Assembly: GCF_009914755.1 (NCBI RefSeq)
Contig: NC_060948.1
Direction: 5' to 3' (one strand)
Length of the DNA: 64,000 nucleotides
Source: the human T2T-CHM13v2.0 reference genome, Homo sapiens
Below, one piece after another: positions 1 through 13,709 of the stretch; positions within the stretch are counted from its first letter, which is position 1; the number at the start of each line of letters is the position of its first letter. The translations under genes and the position numbers were made by a program. The notes beneath the pieces were generated by a model. The model did no database searches and was not told the origin of the DNA. It saw only the letters and a program-made list of their open reading frames with translations.

Positions 1-233
1 GCAGGAGATCCCTAATCCCGTCACCATGGCGATAGGGCATAAACATTGCGGGGTGAGGGCACAATGCACATTGTGAGGTCCAATTGCTGCCAGGAAGACA
101 GGAGTGCTTTTACATAGACCGAAAGGTCATTGAAGGCTCAGATTTTCGTTTCAAAAACTGAATCCCAAGCCCACACGTTATTATGCTGCGCTTCTTAAAA
201 CAAGTTATGAGAAGGGAAATAGGGCACCCACAA
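1..233. repeat. HSATI-like subunit of DYZ2, copy 1 (partial, cut by window start)
   Basis: Moderate-GC sequence aligning without gaps to 2389-2621 (12 mismatches in 233 bp by eye). Confidence 0.75.
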
Positions 234-1762
234 CATACGTATATAGTATGTATATAATAATATACACTATCATATATATAATATATATAACCTATGTATA
301 ATATTGTTTTACATCCTGCATCTTATATTATATATATTATATGTAATATAATAATTGATAATATATAAGTTTATATTTATACAATATGACATATGATATA
401 TATTATATTTTATGACATATATAATATAGATTATATATCATATATAGAATATACTATACGGTTAATATACGTATTAAATATATAATATACATTATATATA
501 TTATATCTACGTTATATATAACATTAACTATAGATAATATATATATTATATCTAGCTTATATATAATATAAAATAACAGATAATTATATATAATTGTATA
601 TATAAAATATGACATATAATATATATTATATTTTATGACATATATATCATATATATTATATATTATATATAATATGTTGTATGTATAATACATATATTAT
701 ATATATATTATAAGTCTAAATTATTAATTATATGTAATATATGTTATATATTACATATTTTACATTTCATACACATGTTACATAGAATATATACTATGTT
801 ACATGTTACCTAGAATTTATTATATATAATATAATGTATGTCATATATTATATATACTTTATAGTATGCAATATGTGGAATGTGATATATATAACATGTA
901 ATATATGATATATGATATACGATATATGATATATAATATACAATATTTGATACATTTTATATATGGTATACAATATATATTTTATGATATATATTATATA
1001 TGTTTTATATTATATTATACATAACCATTTAATTATATATAACTCTATAATATTGTAGGTAAATATATAATATAATACATATAACCATATATTATGTTAT
1101 TTATAATTTTATTACGTACATTCAATAATATATCATAATATAATATATATTATATTATATTATTTTATATTACATAATATATATTATATATCACATAGTA
1201 TGTGTTACATACATAATATTTAAATGTATATTATATTATGATATATTAAATATTATATATATTATGTATGCTATACTGTATAATATATATTATATATTAT
1301 ATAATATGCAGGGTGTCTATTATATGATATATATTATAATATATATAATTATATTATACATATAACGATATAAATATGTAATTATATTTAACATTATTTA
1401 TATTACATATAGTTATATAATCATATATAATAATTTATATTATAAAAATAATTATATCATTATATAAATTATAGTATATATAAATTATAATATGTGATAA
1501 ATAATATATATTATATATCATATATGATATAGCATATATGTTATATATCATATTATATATCAATTTACGTTATGATATCTATAATTGTATATTTTCATAT
1601 ATAAGATGTATAATATGAATTATATATTATATATGTTATTAAATATATACTTTATATAAAATGACACAGGATAAATGTTATATATTATGACATATGATAT
1701 ATATGCGGTTATATATTATATATGAAGCATATTACATAACATATAATATATATCATATATAA
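234..1762. repeat. AT-rich low-complexity (TA-rich) subunit of DYZ2, complete copy
   Basis: Very AT-rich degenerate TATA/ATAT sequence; its first ~900 bp are repeated at ~2622-3527. Confidence 0.9.
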
Positions 1763-2054
<292 letters not shown>

Positions 2055-2621
2055 AGATCCACATTTTTTAAATGAAAAAAAATTTCAAAGTTATTCTGCT
2101 TGGTACAATAATCAAATATATAAACTGAGGGTTAAAACATAACCTTGGAACATATTTATAAGTGCATATGGATAATACAGAGGATAATTTTTTAAATAAC
2201 ATATTTTGAAAGCATTAACTGGTAATTTGAAGAGTTGGCATTTGAAAGGCCAGTATGAATATACCTTCAAAGCAGCAACACAGGTTCCCCATGAGAAAAA
2301 TCAAACTTAGGGAAAATAAAACCACAAAGGTTCAATCTTTTCTGACCTTTGAAAGACACAGCACAGACAGTGGTCCTTAGGACGAAGAGCAGGAGACCCC
2401 TAATTCCGTCACCATGGCGATAGGGCATAAACATTGCTGGGTGAGGGCACAATCCACATTGTGAGGTCCAACTGCTGCCAGGAAGACAGGAGTGCTTTTA
2501 CATAGACCCAAAGGTCATTGAAGGCTCAGTGTTTTGTTTCAAAAACTGAATCCCAAGCCCACACGTTATTATGCTGTGCTTCTTAAAAAAAGTTATGAGA
2601 TGGGAAATAGGGCACCCACAA
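2055..2621. repeat. HSATI-like subunit of DYZ2, copy 2
   Basis: Lies between the Alu 5' end and the next AT-rich block; 2389-2621 is homologous to 1-233. Boundaries are approximate. Confidence 0.72.
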
Positions 2622-3527
2622 TTATATCTATACATTATGTATATAATAATATATAGAATCATATATATAATATATGTAACATATATATATAATACTGTTT
2701 TACATCCTGCAGTTATATTATATATATTATATGTATTATAATAACTGGTAATGTATAAGTATTATATTTATACACTATGACATATAATAATTATATTTTA
2801 TGCCGTATATAATATATATTATATATCATATACCAAATATATTATATGGTTAATATACGTATTAAATATATAATATACATTATAAATATTATATCTACGT
2901 TATATATAACATACACTATAGTTAATATATATATTATATCTAGCTTATATATAATATAAAATAACATATAATAATATATAACTGTATATATAAAATATGA
3001 CATATAATATATATTATATTTTATGACATATATATGATATGTATTATATATTATATATAATATGTTGTAAGTATAATACATGTATTAAATATATATTATA
3101 TGTCTATGTTATTAATTATATATAATATATGTTATATATTACATATTTGATATAGAATACACATGTTACATAGAATATATTCTATGTTACATATAACGTA
3201 GAATTTATTATGTGTAATATAATGTATGGCATATATTATAAATTCCTTATAATATACAATATGTGGAATGTGATATATATAACTTGTAATATATGATATA
3301 TGATATACAATATATGTTATATAACATACAATATATGATACATAATATATATGGTATAGAATATATATTTTATGTTATATATTAGATATGTTTTATATTT
3401 TATTATATATAAATATTTAAAATTATATATAACTGTATAATGTTATACGTAAATATATAATATACTACATATAACCATATATTATGTTATATAAAATTTT
3501 ATTACATACTTTCCATAATATATCATA
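2622..3527. repeat. Truncated AT-rich subunit of the terminal DYZ2 unit
   Basis: Colinear with ~234-1137 (ends ...ataatatatcata, matching 1125-1137), then switches directly to DYZ1; this unit has no Alu. Confidence 0.9.
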
Positions 3528-6255
3528 TGGACTCCTTTGGAATGGTCTAGTATGCAATGCAATCGACTGGCAGGGAATTAAAAGGAATGCAATCGAATGG
3601 ATTGCACAGGAATGCAATGGACTCGAATAGATTGGAAACAGAATGCAAAGGAATGGAATGGAATAGTATGGAATGGAATGGAAAGGAATGGAGTGGAATA
3701 GACTAGAGTAGAATGGAATTTACTCGAAAGCAATGGACTGGAATAGAACTTTCTTGAATGGGCTGGAATCAAACGGAATGGAATGCTGTGCAATCAAATA
3801 GAATGAAAGAGAATCAAATCCAATCGAATGGATTGGAAAGGAATTGACTGAAATGGAATGGACTAGAATGGAAGGCAAAGGAATGGAATCTATAGGAATG
3901 GACTGTAATGGAATGGAATGGAAGGGATTGGAATGGAATCGAATGGAATGGACTGCAATAGAAAGGATTCGAATGGAATGAAAAAGAATTGAATGGAATA
4001 GAACAGAATGGAATCAAATCGAATGAAATGGAATGGAATAGAAAGGATTCGAATGGAATGCAATCGAACGGAATGGAATCGAACGGAATGGAAAAAAATG
4101 GAAGAAAACTGGCAAGAAATGGAATCGAAATGAATGGAGTGTTATGGAACGGACTCAAAAGGAATTGAATGTAATAGAATGGAGTGGAGTGGACTCGAAT
4201 ATAATGGACTGGAATGGAATGAAATCACATGGAATGGGAACGAATGGAATGGAATGGAAAGGAATGGAATCGAATGGAAAGGAATCGAATGGAAGGGAAT
4301 GAAATTGAATCAACAGGAATGGAAGGGAATAGAATAGACGGTAATGGAATGGACTCGAATAGAATGGACACGAATGCTCAAATTGAATGGACTCGAATGG
4401 AATGGAAACGAAAGGAATGTCATCGAATGTAATTGAATCGATTGGAATGAAATCGCATAGAATGGAGTGGAATCAAATGGAATTGAGTCGAAAGGAAAGG
4501 AAGCGAATGGACTGAAATGAAATGGAATGGAATTGAATGGAAAGTAATGCAATGGAATAGAATGGAACGAAATTTCACGGAATGGAATCAAACTGAATGG
4601 AATCAAATCAATGGAATCAAATCAAATGGAATGGAAAGGAATTGAATGGAGTAGATGGGATTGGATGGGATTGGAATGAAATGTACTGGAAAGAACTCGA
4701 ATTTCATGAAACGGAATGGAATGAATTGGAACGGAATGGACTCGAATGGAATGGAATGTCATGGAATGGCATCAAATGGAATGGCATCAAATGGAATGGA
4801 ATCGAATGCAATGGAATGCTATGGAATGGAATCGAATGCATTGGAATGGAATGTCCTCTAATGGAATGGATTCGAGTGGAATGGAATCGAATATAATGGA
4901 GTCGAATGAAATGGAATTGAAAGGAATGGGACCGAATACAATGGAATATACTGGAATGTAATGTAATGAACTCGAATGTAATTGACTGCAATGGAATGTA
5001 CATGAATGGAATGTAATCGAATGGAAAGTAATCCAATGGAATAGAATCTAATGCAATAAAATCGACTCAAATAGAATAGAATGTAATGGAATGGAGTGCA
5101 GTGCAATGGAATGGAATGGAATGGAATGCAGTGGAATGGAATGGAATGGAATGCAATGGAATGGAATGTATTAGAATGTAATGAACATTAATGGAATGTA
5201 CTCGAATGGATTCGACTGGAATGGAATCGTACGGAATGGAATCTAATGGAATGGAATTAAATGGAAATGAATCAAATTGAATAGCACGGAATTGAATTGA
5301 ATGGAATGGAATGCAATGGAATCTAATGAAACGGAAAGGAAAGGAATGGAATGGAATGGAATGGGCTGGAATGGAAAGGAATCGAAACGAATGGAATGGA
5401 ATCGAACTGAAGAGACTGGAATGGAATGCACTGGAATGGAAGGGAGTGTAATGGAAGGTTCTCGAAAAAAATGGAATCGAATGGAATGGAATTGAATGGA
5501 ACGGAATAGAGTCGAATGGAATTGAATGGAATGGAATGGACTAGAGTGAAATGGAATCGAACCACAAGGAATGGACAGGAATAGAATGGTCTCGAATTGA
5601 ATGGAATCGTATGGAATGGCATCAAACGGAATGGAATGGACAGCCACGGAATGGAATGCACTCGAATGCAATGGAGTCGAAACTAATGGACTGGAATAGA
5701 ATGGACTCGACTGGTACGGACTCCAATGGAATGGAATCGAATGCAAGGGAATCGAACGGAATGGACTCGAAGGGAAAAGACTGCAATGGAAAGGTCTCGA
5801 ATGGAATGGAAATTAATGGAATGGATTGGAATCGAATGAAATGGAGTCAAAAGGAATGGAATCGAATGGCAAGAAATCAAATGTAATGGAATCGCAAGGA
5901 ATTGATGTGAACGGAACGGAATGGAATGGAATCCAAAGGAATGGAATAGAATGGAATGGAATCGAATGGAAAGGACTCGAATGGAAATCACTCGAATAGA
6001 ATGCAATTTAATAAAATAGGATCAAATGTAATGGAATGGAATGGAAAGGAATCGAAACGAAAGGAATGGAGACAGATGGAATGGAATGGAACAGAGAGCA
6101 ATGGTATAGAATGGAATGGAATCATCTGGAATGGAATTGAATGGAATGGAATAACATGAAATGGAATGGAATGGAATGGAATGCCCTTGAATTAAATGGA
6201 CTGGAATGGAATGGACTCGAACAGAGTGGAATGGAAAGTGTTGAAATATAATGGA
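3527..6255 (+). repeat. Junction-adjacent, internally deleted DYZ1 monomer (U1, 2729 bp)
   Basis: Relative to the other monomers it lacks ~90 bp in five small deletions (3790-4050), ~680 bp near 5130-5150 and 50 bp near 5220. Confidence 0.9.
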
Positions 6256-6473
6256 ATGGACTCCTTTGGAATCGTCTAGTATGCAATGCAATCGACTGGC
6301 AGGGAATCAAAAGGAATGTAATCGAATGGATTGGACTGGAATGCAATGGACTCGAATAGATTGGAAACGGAATGCAAAGGAATGGAATGGAATAGTATGG
6401 AATGGAATGGAAAGGAATGGAGTGGAATAGACTAGAGTGGAATGGAATGGACTGGAAAGCAATGGACTGGAAT

Positions 6474-6488
6474 GGAACTTTCTTGAAT
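6474..6488. promoter_or_regulatory. Perfect heat-shock element motif, site A (gGAActTTCttGAAt); representative copy, one per DYZ1 monomer
   Basis: Exact match to nGAAnnTTCnnGAAn. Recurs 216 bp after each monomer landmark (3745, 6474, 10022, 13584, 17132 ... 63307); the variant GAAcaTTCttGAA keeps the motif. Function is inferred, not shown. Confidence 0.55.
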
Positions 6489-8721
6489 GGACTGGAATCA
6501 AACGGAATGGAATGCAATGCAATCAAATGGCATGGAATAAAATAGAATGAAAGAGAATCAAACGGAATTGAATCGAATGGAATCGAATGGATTGGAAAGG
6601 AATAGAATGGAATGGAATGGAATTGACTCAAATGGAATGGACTAGAATGGAATGGATTCGAATGGAAGGCAAAGGAATGGAATCTATTGGAATGGACTGT
6701 AATGGAATGGAATGGAAGGGATTGGAATGGACTCGAATGGAATGGACTGCAATAGAAAGGATTCGAATGGAATGAAAAAGAATTGAATGGAATAGAACAG
6801 AATGGAATCAAATCGAATGAAATTGAATGGAATAGAAAGGAATGGAATGAAATGGAATGGAAAGGATTCGAATGGAATGCAATCGAATGGAATGCAATCG
6901 AATGGAATGGAATCGAACGGAATGGAATAAAATGGAAGAAAACTGGCAAGAAATGGAATCGAAATGAATGGAGTGTTATGGAACGGACTCAAAAGGAATT
7001 GAATGTAATAGAATGGAGTGGAGTGGACTCGAATATAATGGACTGGAATGGAATGAAATCACATGGAATGGGAACGAATGGAATGGAATGGAAAGGAATG
7101 GAATCGAATGGAAAGGAATCGAATGGAAGGGAATGAAATTGAATCAACAGGAATGGAAGGGAATAGAATAGACGGTAATGGAATGGACTCGAATAGAATG
7201 GACACGAATGCTCAAATTGAATGGACTCGAGTGGAATGGAAACGAAACGAATGTCATCGAATGGAATTGAATCGATTGGAATGAAATCGCATAGAATGGA
7301 CTGGAATCAAATGGAATTGAGTCGAAAGGAAAGGAAGCGAATGGACTGAAATGAAATGGAATGGAATTGAATGGAAAGTAATGCAATGGAATAGAATGGA
7401 ACGAAATTTCACGGAATGGAATCAAACTGAATGGAATCAAATCAATGGAATATAATCAAATGGAATGGAAAGGAATTGAATGGAGTAGATGGGACTGGAT
7501 GGGATTGGAATGAAATGTACTGGAAAGGACTCGAATTTCATGAAACGGAATGGAATGAATTGGAACGGAATGGACTCGAATGGAATGGAATGTCATGGAA
7601 TGGCATCAAATGGAATGGAATCGAATGCAATGGAATGCTATGGAATGGAATGGAATGCATTGGAATGGAATGTCCTCTAATGGAATGGATTCGAGTGGAA
7701 TGGAATCGAATATAATGGAGTCGAATGAAATGGAATTGAAAGGAATAGGATCGAATACAATGGAATATACTGGAATGTAACGTAATGAACTCGAATGTAA
7801 TTGACTGGAATGGAATGTACATGAATGGAATGTAATCGAATGGAAAGTAATCCAATGGAATAGAATCTAATGCAATAAAATCGACTCAAATAGAATAGAA
7901 TGGAATGGAATGGAGTGCAGTGCAATGGAATGGAAGGGAATGGAATGCAATGGAATGTAATGTAATGGAATGGAATGGAATGGGATGGAATGGTATGGAA
8001 TGGATAGTAATGGACTGGAGTGAAATGGACTGGAAAGGAATGGACTCAAATTGAAAGGGCTCGAAAGGAATGCAGTCAAATGGAATGATCTGGAATGGAA
8101 TGAACACGAATGTAATGCAATCCAATAGAATGGAATCGAATGGCATGGAATATAAAGAAATGGAATCGAAGAGAATGGAAACAAATGGAATGGAATTGAA
8201 TGGAATGGAATTGAATGGAATGAGAATGAATGGAGTGAAATTGTATGCAGTAGAAGAGAATAGAATGGAATGCAAGCGAAAGGAAAGGAATGGATTGGAA
8301 TGGAATGGAATTCATTGGAATGGAAGGGAATGTAGTGTAATGGACAGGCCTGGAATAAAGTGGAATGCTACGGTCTCGAATGGAATAAAAATGTATGGAA
8401 TGGAATGCAATGAAACGGAATCGAATGTCATAGAATGTAATGGAATGCAAAAAAATGGAATCCAAAATCATTGACTGGAAAGGCTGGGTGTCGAAAGGAA
8501 TTGACTCCAATGGAATGGAATCGAATGGAATGGAAGTGAATAGAATCGAACTAAATCGAATGGAATGGAATTGATAGGAACGGAATGGAAAGGAATGCAA
8601 TGATTTGGCATGGAATGGAATCGAATGGCATCGAATGGAATGGAATGGAATGCAATGGAATGGAATGTATTAGAATGTAATGAACTTTAATGGAATGTAC
8701 TCGAATGGATTCGACTGGAAT

Positions 8722-8736
8722 GGAATGTTCTGGAAG
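8722..8736. promoter_or_regulatory. Perfect heat-shock element motif, site B (gGAAtgTTCtgGAAg); representative copy
   Basis: Exact nGAAnnTTCnnGAAn match; present in monomers U2-U17 and deleted in U1. Function is inferred. Confidence 0.55.
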
Positions 8737-9001
8737 TGAATGGACTCCAATGGAATGGATTCGAAAGGAATGGAATCGTACGGAATGGAATCTAATGGAA
8801 TGGAATTAAATGGAAATGAATCAAATTGAATAGCACGGAACTGAATTGAATGGAATCGAATGCAATGGAATCTAATGAAACGGAAAGGAAAGGAATGGAA
8901 TAGAATGGAATGGGCTGGAATGGAATGGAATCGAAACAAATGGAATGGAATCGAACTGAAGAGACTGGAATGGAATGCACTGGAATGGAAGGGAGTGTAA
9001 T

Positions 9002-9016
9002 GGAAGGTTCTCGAAA
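9002..9016. promoter_or_regulatory. Perfect heat-shock element motif, site C (gGAAggTTCtcGAAa); representative copy
   Basis: Exact nGAAnnTTCnnGAAn match ~280 bp downstream of site B; also at 5453. Mutated to GAAggATCtcGAA in U4 (16111) and U6 (23213). Function is inferred. Confidence 0.55.
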
Positions 9017-12000
9017 GAAATGGAATCGAATGGAATGGAATTGAATGGAACGGAATAGAGTCGAATGGAATTGAATGGAATGGAATGGACTAGAGTGAAA
9101 TGGAATCGAACCACAAGAATGGACAGGAATAGAATGGTCTCGAATTGAATGGAATCGTATGGAATGGCATCAAACGGAATGGAATGGACAGCCACGGAAT
9201 GGAATGCACTCGAATGCAATGGAGTCGAAACTAATGGACTGGAATAGAATGGACTCGACTGGTACGGACTCCAATGGAATGGAATCGAATGGAAGGGAAT
9301 CGAACGGAATGGACTCGAAGGCAAAAGACTGCAATGGAAAGGTGTCGAATGGAATGGAAATTAATGGAATGGAATGGAATCGAATGAAATGGAGTCAAAA
9401 GGAATGGAATCGAATGGCAAGAAATCGAATGTAATGGAATCGCAAGGAATTGATGTGAACGGAACGGAATGGAATGGAATCCAAAGGAATGGAATAGAAT
9501 GGAATGGAATCGAATGGAAAGGACTCGAATGGAAATCACTCGAATAGAATGCAATTTAATAAAATAGGATCAAATGTAATGGAATGGAATGGAAAGGAAT
9601 CGAAACGAAAGGAATGGAGACAGATGGAATGGAATGGAACAGAGAGCAATGGTATAGAATGGAATGGAATCATCTGGAATGGAATTGAATGGAATGGAAT
9701 AACATGAAATGGAATGGAATGGAATGGAATGCCTTTGAATTAAATGGACTGGAATGGAATGCTCTCGAACAGAGTGGAATGGAAAGTGTTGGAATAGAAT
9801 GGAATGGACTCGTTTGGAATGGTGTAGTATGCAATGCAATCGACTGGCAGGGAATCAAAAGGAATGTAATCGAATGGATTGGACTGGAATGCAATGGACT
9901 CGAATAGATTGGAAACGGAATGCAAAGGAATGGAATGGAATAGTATGGAATGGAATGGAAAGGAATGGAGTGGAATAGACTAGAGTGGAATGGAATGGAC
10001 TGGAAAGCAATGGACTGGAATGGAACTTTCTTGAATGGACTGGAATCAAACGGAATGGAATACAATGCAATCAAATGGCATGGAATAAAATAGAATGAAA
10101 GAGAATCAAATGGAATTGAATCGAATGGAATCGAATGGATTGGAAAGGAATAGAATGGAATGGAATGGAATTGACTCAAATGGAATGGACTAGAATGGAA
10201 TGGATTCGAATGGAAGGCAAAGGAATGGAATCTATTGGAATGGACTGTAATGGAATGGAATGGAAGGGATTGGAATGGACTCGAATGGAATGGACTGCAA
10301 TAGAAAGGATTCGAATGGAATGAAAAAGAATTGAATGGAATAGAACAGAATGGAATCAAATCGAATGAAATGGAATGGAATAGAAAGGAATGGAATGAAA
10401 TGGAATGGAAAGGATTCGAATGGAATGCAATCGAATGGAATGGAATCGAACGGAATGGAATAAAATGGAAGAAAACTGGCAAGAAATGGAATCGAAATGA
10501 ATGGAGTGTTATGGATCGGACTCAAAAGGAATTGAATGTAATAGAATGGAGTGGAGTGGACTCGAATATAATGGACTGGAATGGAATGAAATCACATGGA
10601 ATGGGAACGAATGGAATGGAATGGAAAGGAATGGAATCGAATGGAAAGGAATCGAATGGAAGGGAATGAAATTGAATCAACAGGAATGGAAGGGAGTAGA
10701 ATAGACGGTAATGGAATGGACTCGAATAGAATGGACACGAATGCTCAAATTGAATGGACTCGAATGGAATGGAAACGAAAGGAATGTCATCGAATGGAAT
10801 TGAATCGGTTGGAATGAAATCGCATAGAATGGAGTGGAATCAAATGGAATTGAATCGAAAGGAAAGGAAGCAAATGGACTGAAATGAAATGGAATGGAAT
10901 TGAATGGAAAGTAATGCAATGGAATAGAATGGAACGAAATTTCACGGAATGGAATCAAACTGAATGGAATCAAATCAATGGAATATAATCAAATGGAATG
11001 GAAAGGAATTGAATGGAGTAGATTGGGTTGGATGGGATTGGAATGAAATGGAATGGAAAGGACTCGAATTTCATGAAACGGAATGGAATGAATTGGAACG
11101 GAATGGACTCGAATGGAATGGAATGACATGGAATGGCAAGAAATGGAATGGCATCAAAGGGAATGGAATCGAATGCAATGGAATGCTATGGAATGGAATG
11201 GAATGCATTGGAATGGAATGTCCTCTAATGGAATGGATTCGAGTGGAATGGAATCTAATATAATGGAGTCGAATGAAATGGAATTGAAAGGAATGGGATC
11301 GAATACAATGGAATATACTGGAATGTAATGTAAAGAACTCGAATGTAATTGAATGGAAAGGAATGTACATGAATGGAATGTAATCGAATGGAAAGTAATC
11401 CAATGGAATAGTATCTAATGTAATAAAATCGACTCAGATAGAGTAGAATGTAATGGAATGGAGTGTAGTGCAATGGAATGGAATGGAATGGAATGCAATG
11501 GAATGGAAAGGAATGGAATGGAATGGAATGGAATGGGATGGAATGGTATGGAATGGATAGTAATGGACTGGAGTGAAATGGACTGGAAAGGAATGGACTC
11601 AAATTGAAAGGTCTCGAAAGGAATGGAGTCAAAAGGAATGGTCTGGAATGGAATGAACACGAATGTAATGCAATCCAATAGAATGGAGTCGAATGGCATG
11701 GAATATAAAGAAATGGGATCGAAGAGAATGGAAACAAATGGAATGGAATTGAATGGAATGGAATTGAATGGAATGGGAAGGAATGGAGTGAAATTGTATG
11801 CAGTAGAAGAGAATAGAATGGAATGCAAGTGAAAGGAAAGGAATGGATTGGAATGGAATGGAATTCATTGAAATGGAAGGGAATGTAGTGTAATGGACAG
11901 GCCTGGAATAAAGTGGAATGCTACGGTCTCGAATGGAATAAAAATGTATGGAATGGAATGCAATGAAACGGAATCGAATGTCATAGAAAGTAATGGAATG

Positions 12001-13709
12001 CAAAAAAATGGAATCCAAAATCATTGACTGGAAAGGCTGGGTGTCGAAAGGAATTGACTCCAATGGAATGGAATCGAATGGAATGGAAGTGAATAGAATC
12101 GAACTAAATCGAATGGAATGGAATTGATAGGAACGGAATGGAAAGGAATGCAATGATTTGGCATGGAATGGAATCGAATGGCATCGAATGGAATGGAATG
12201 GAATGCAATGGAATGGAATGTATTAGAATGTAATGAACTTTAATGGAATGTACTCGAATGGATTCGACTGGAATGGAATGTTCTGGAAGTGAATGGACTC
12301 CAATGGAATGGATTCGAAAGGAATGGAATCGTACGGAATGGAATCTAATGGAATGGAATTAAATGGAAATGAATCAAATTGAATAGCACGGAATAGAATT
12401 GAATGGAATCGAATGCAATGGAATCTAATGAAACGGAAAGGAAAGGAATGGAATGGAATGGAATGGGCTGGAATGGAATGGAATCGAAACAAATAGAATG
12501 GAATCGAACTGAAGAGACTGGAATGGAATGCACTGGAATGGAAGGGAGTGTAATGGAAGGTTCTCGAAAAAAATGGAATCGAATGGAATGGAATTGAATG
12601 GAACGGAATAGAGTCGAATGGAATTGAATGGAATGGAATGGACTAGAGTGAAATGGAATCGAACCACAAGGAATGGACAGGAATAGAATGGTCTCGAATT
12701 GAATGGAATCGTATGGAATGGCATCAAACGGAATGGAATGGACAGCCACGGAATGGAATGCACTCGAATGCAATGGAGTCGAAACGTCGAAACTAATGGA
12801 CTGGAATAGAATGGACTCGACTGGTACGGACTCCAATGGAATGGAATCGAATGGAAGGGAATCGAACGGAATGGACTCGAAGGGAAAAGACTGCAATGGA
12901 AAGGTCTCGAATGGAATGGAAATTAATGGAATGGAATGGAATCGAATGAAATGGAGTCAAAAGGAATGGAATCGAATGGCAAGAAATCGAATGTAATGGA
13001 ATCGCAAGGAATTGATGTGAACGGAACGGAATGGAATGGAATCCAAAGGAATGGAATAGAATGGAATGGAATCGAATGGAAAGGACTCGAATGGAAATCA
13101 CTCGAATAGAATGCAATTTAATAAAATAGGATCAAATGTAATGGAATGGAATGGAAAGGAATCGAAACGAAAGGAATGGAGACAGATGGAATGGAATGGA
13201 ACAGAGAGCAATGGTATAGAATGGAATGGAATCATCTGGAATGGAATTGAATGGAATGGAATAATATGAAATGGAATGGAATGGAATGGAATGCCCTTGA
13301 ATTAAATGGACTGGAATGGAATGGACTCGAACAGAGTGGAATGGAAAGTGTTGAAATAGAATGGAATGGACTCGTTTGGAATGGTCTAGTATGCAATGCA
13401 ATCGACTGGCAGGGAATCAAAAGGAATGTAATCGAATGGATTGGACTGGAATGCAATGGACTCGAATAGATTGGAAACGGAAAGCAAAGGAATGGAATGG
13501 AATAGTATGGAATGGAATGCAAAGGAATGGAGTGGAATAGACTAGAGTGGAATGGAATGGACTCGAAAGCAATGGACTGGAATGGAACTTTCTTGAATGG
13601 ACTGGAATCAAACGGAATGGAATGCAATGCAATCAAATGGCATGGAATAAAATAGAATGAAAGAGAATCAAATGGAATTGAATCGAATGGAATCGAATGG
13701 ATTGGAAAA

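Noticed and set aside
6008-6020. AATAAA poly(A)-signal hexamers recurring in each monomer
   Set aside because: Easily produced from GGAAT variants (ggaat aaaat); no GU-rich downstream element or transcript evidence is visible.
7531-7546. cgaatttcatgaaa as another heat-shock element
   Set aside because: Spacing between the first GAA and TTC is 1 nt rather than 2, so only two units are correctly phased.
7846-7860. DUX4-like motif (taatccaatgg; also agattggattg)
   Set aside because: Only a partial match to the TAAYYYAATCA consensus, so it is not supportable from sequence alone.
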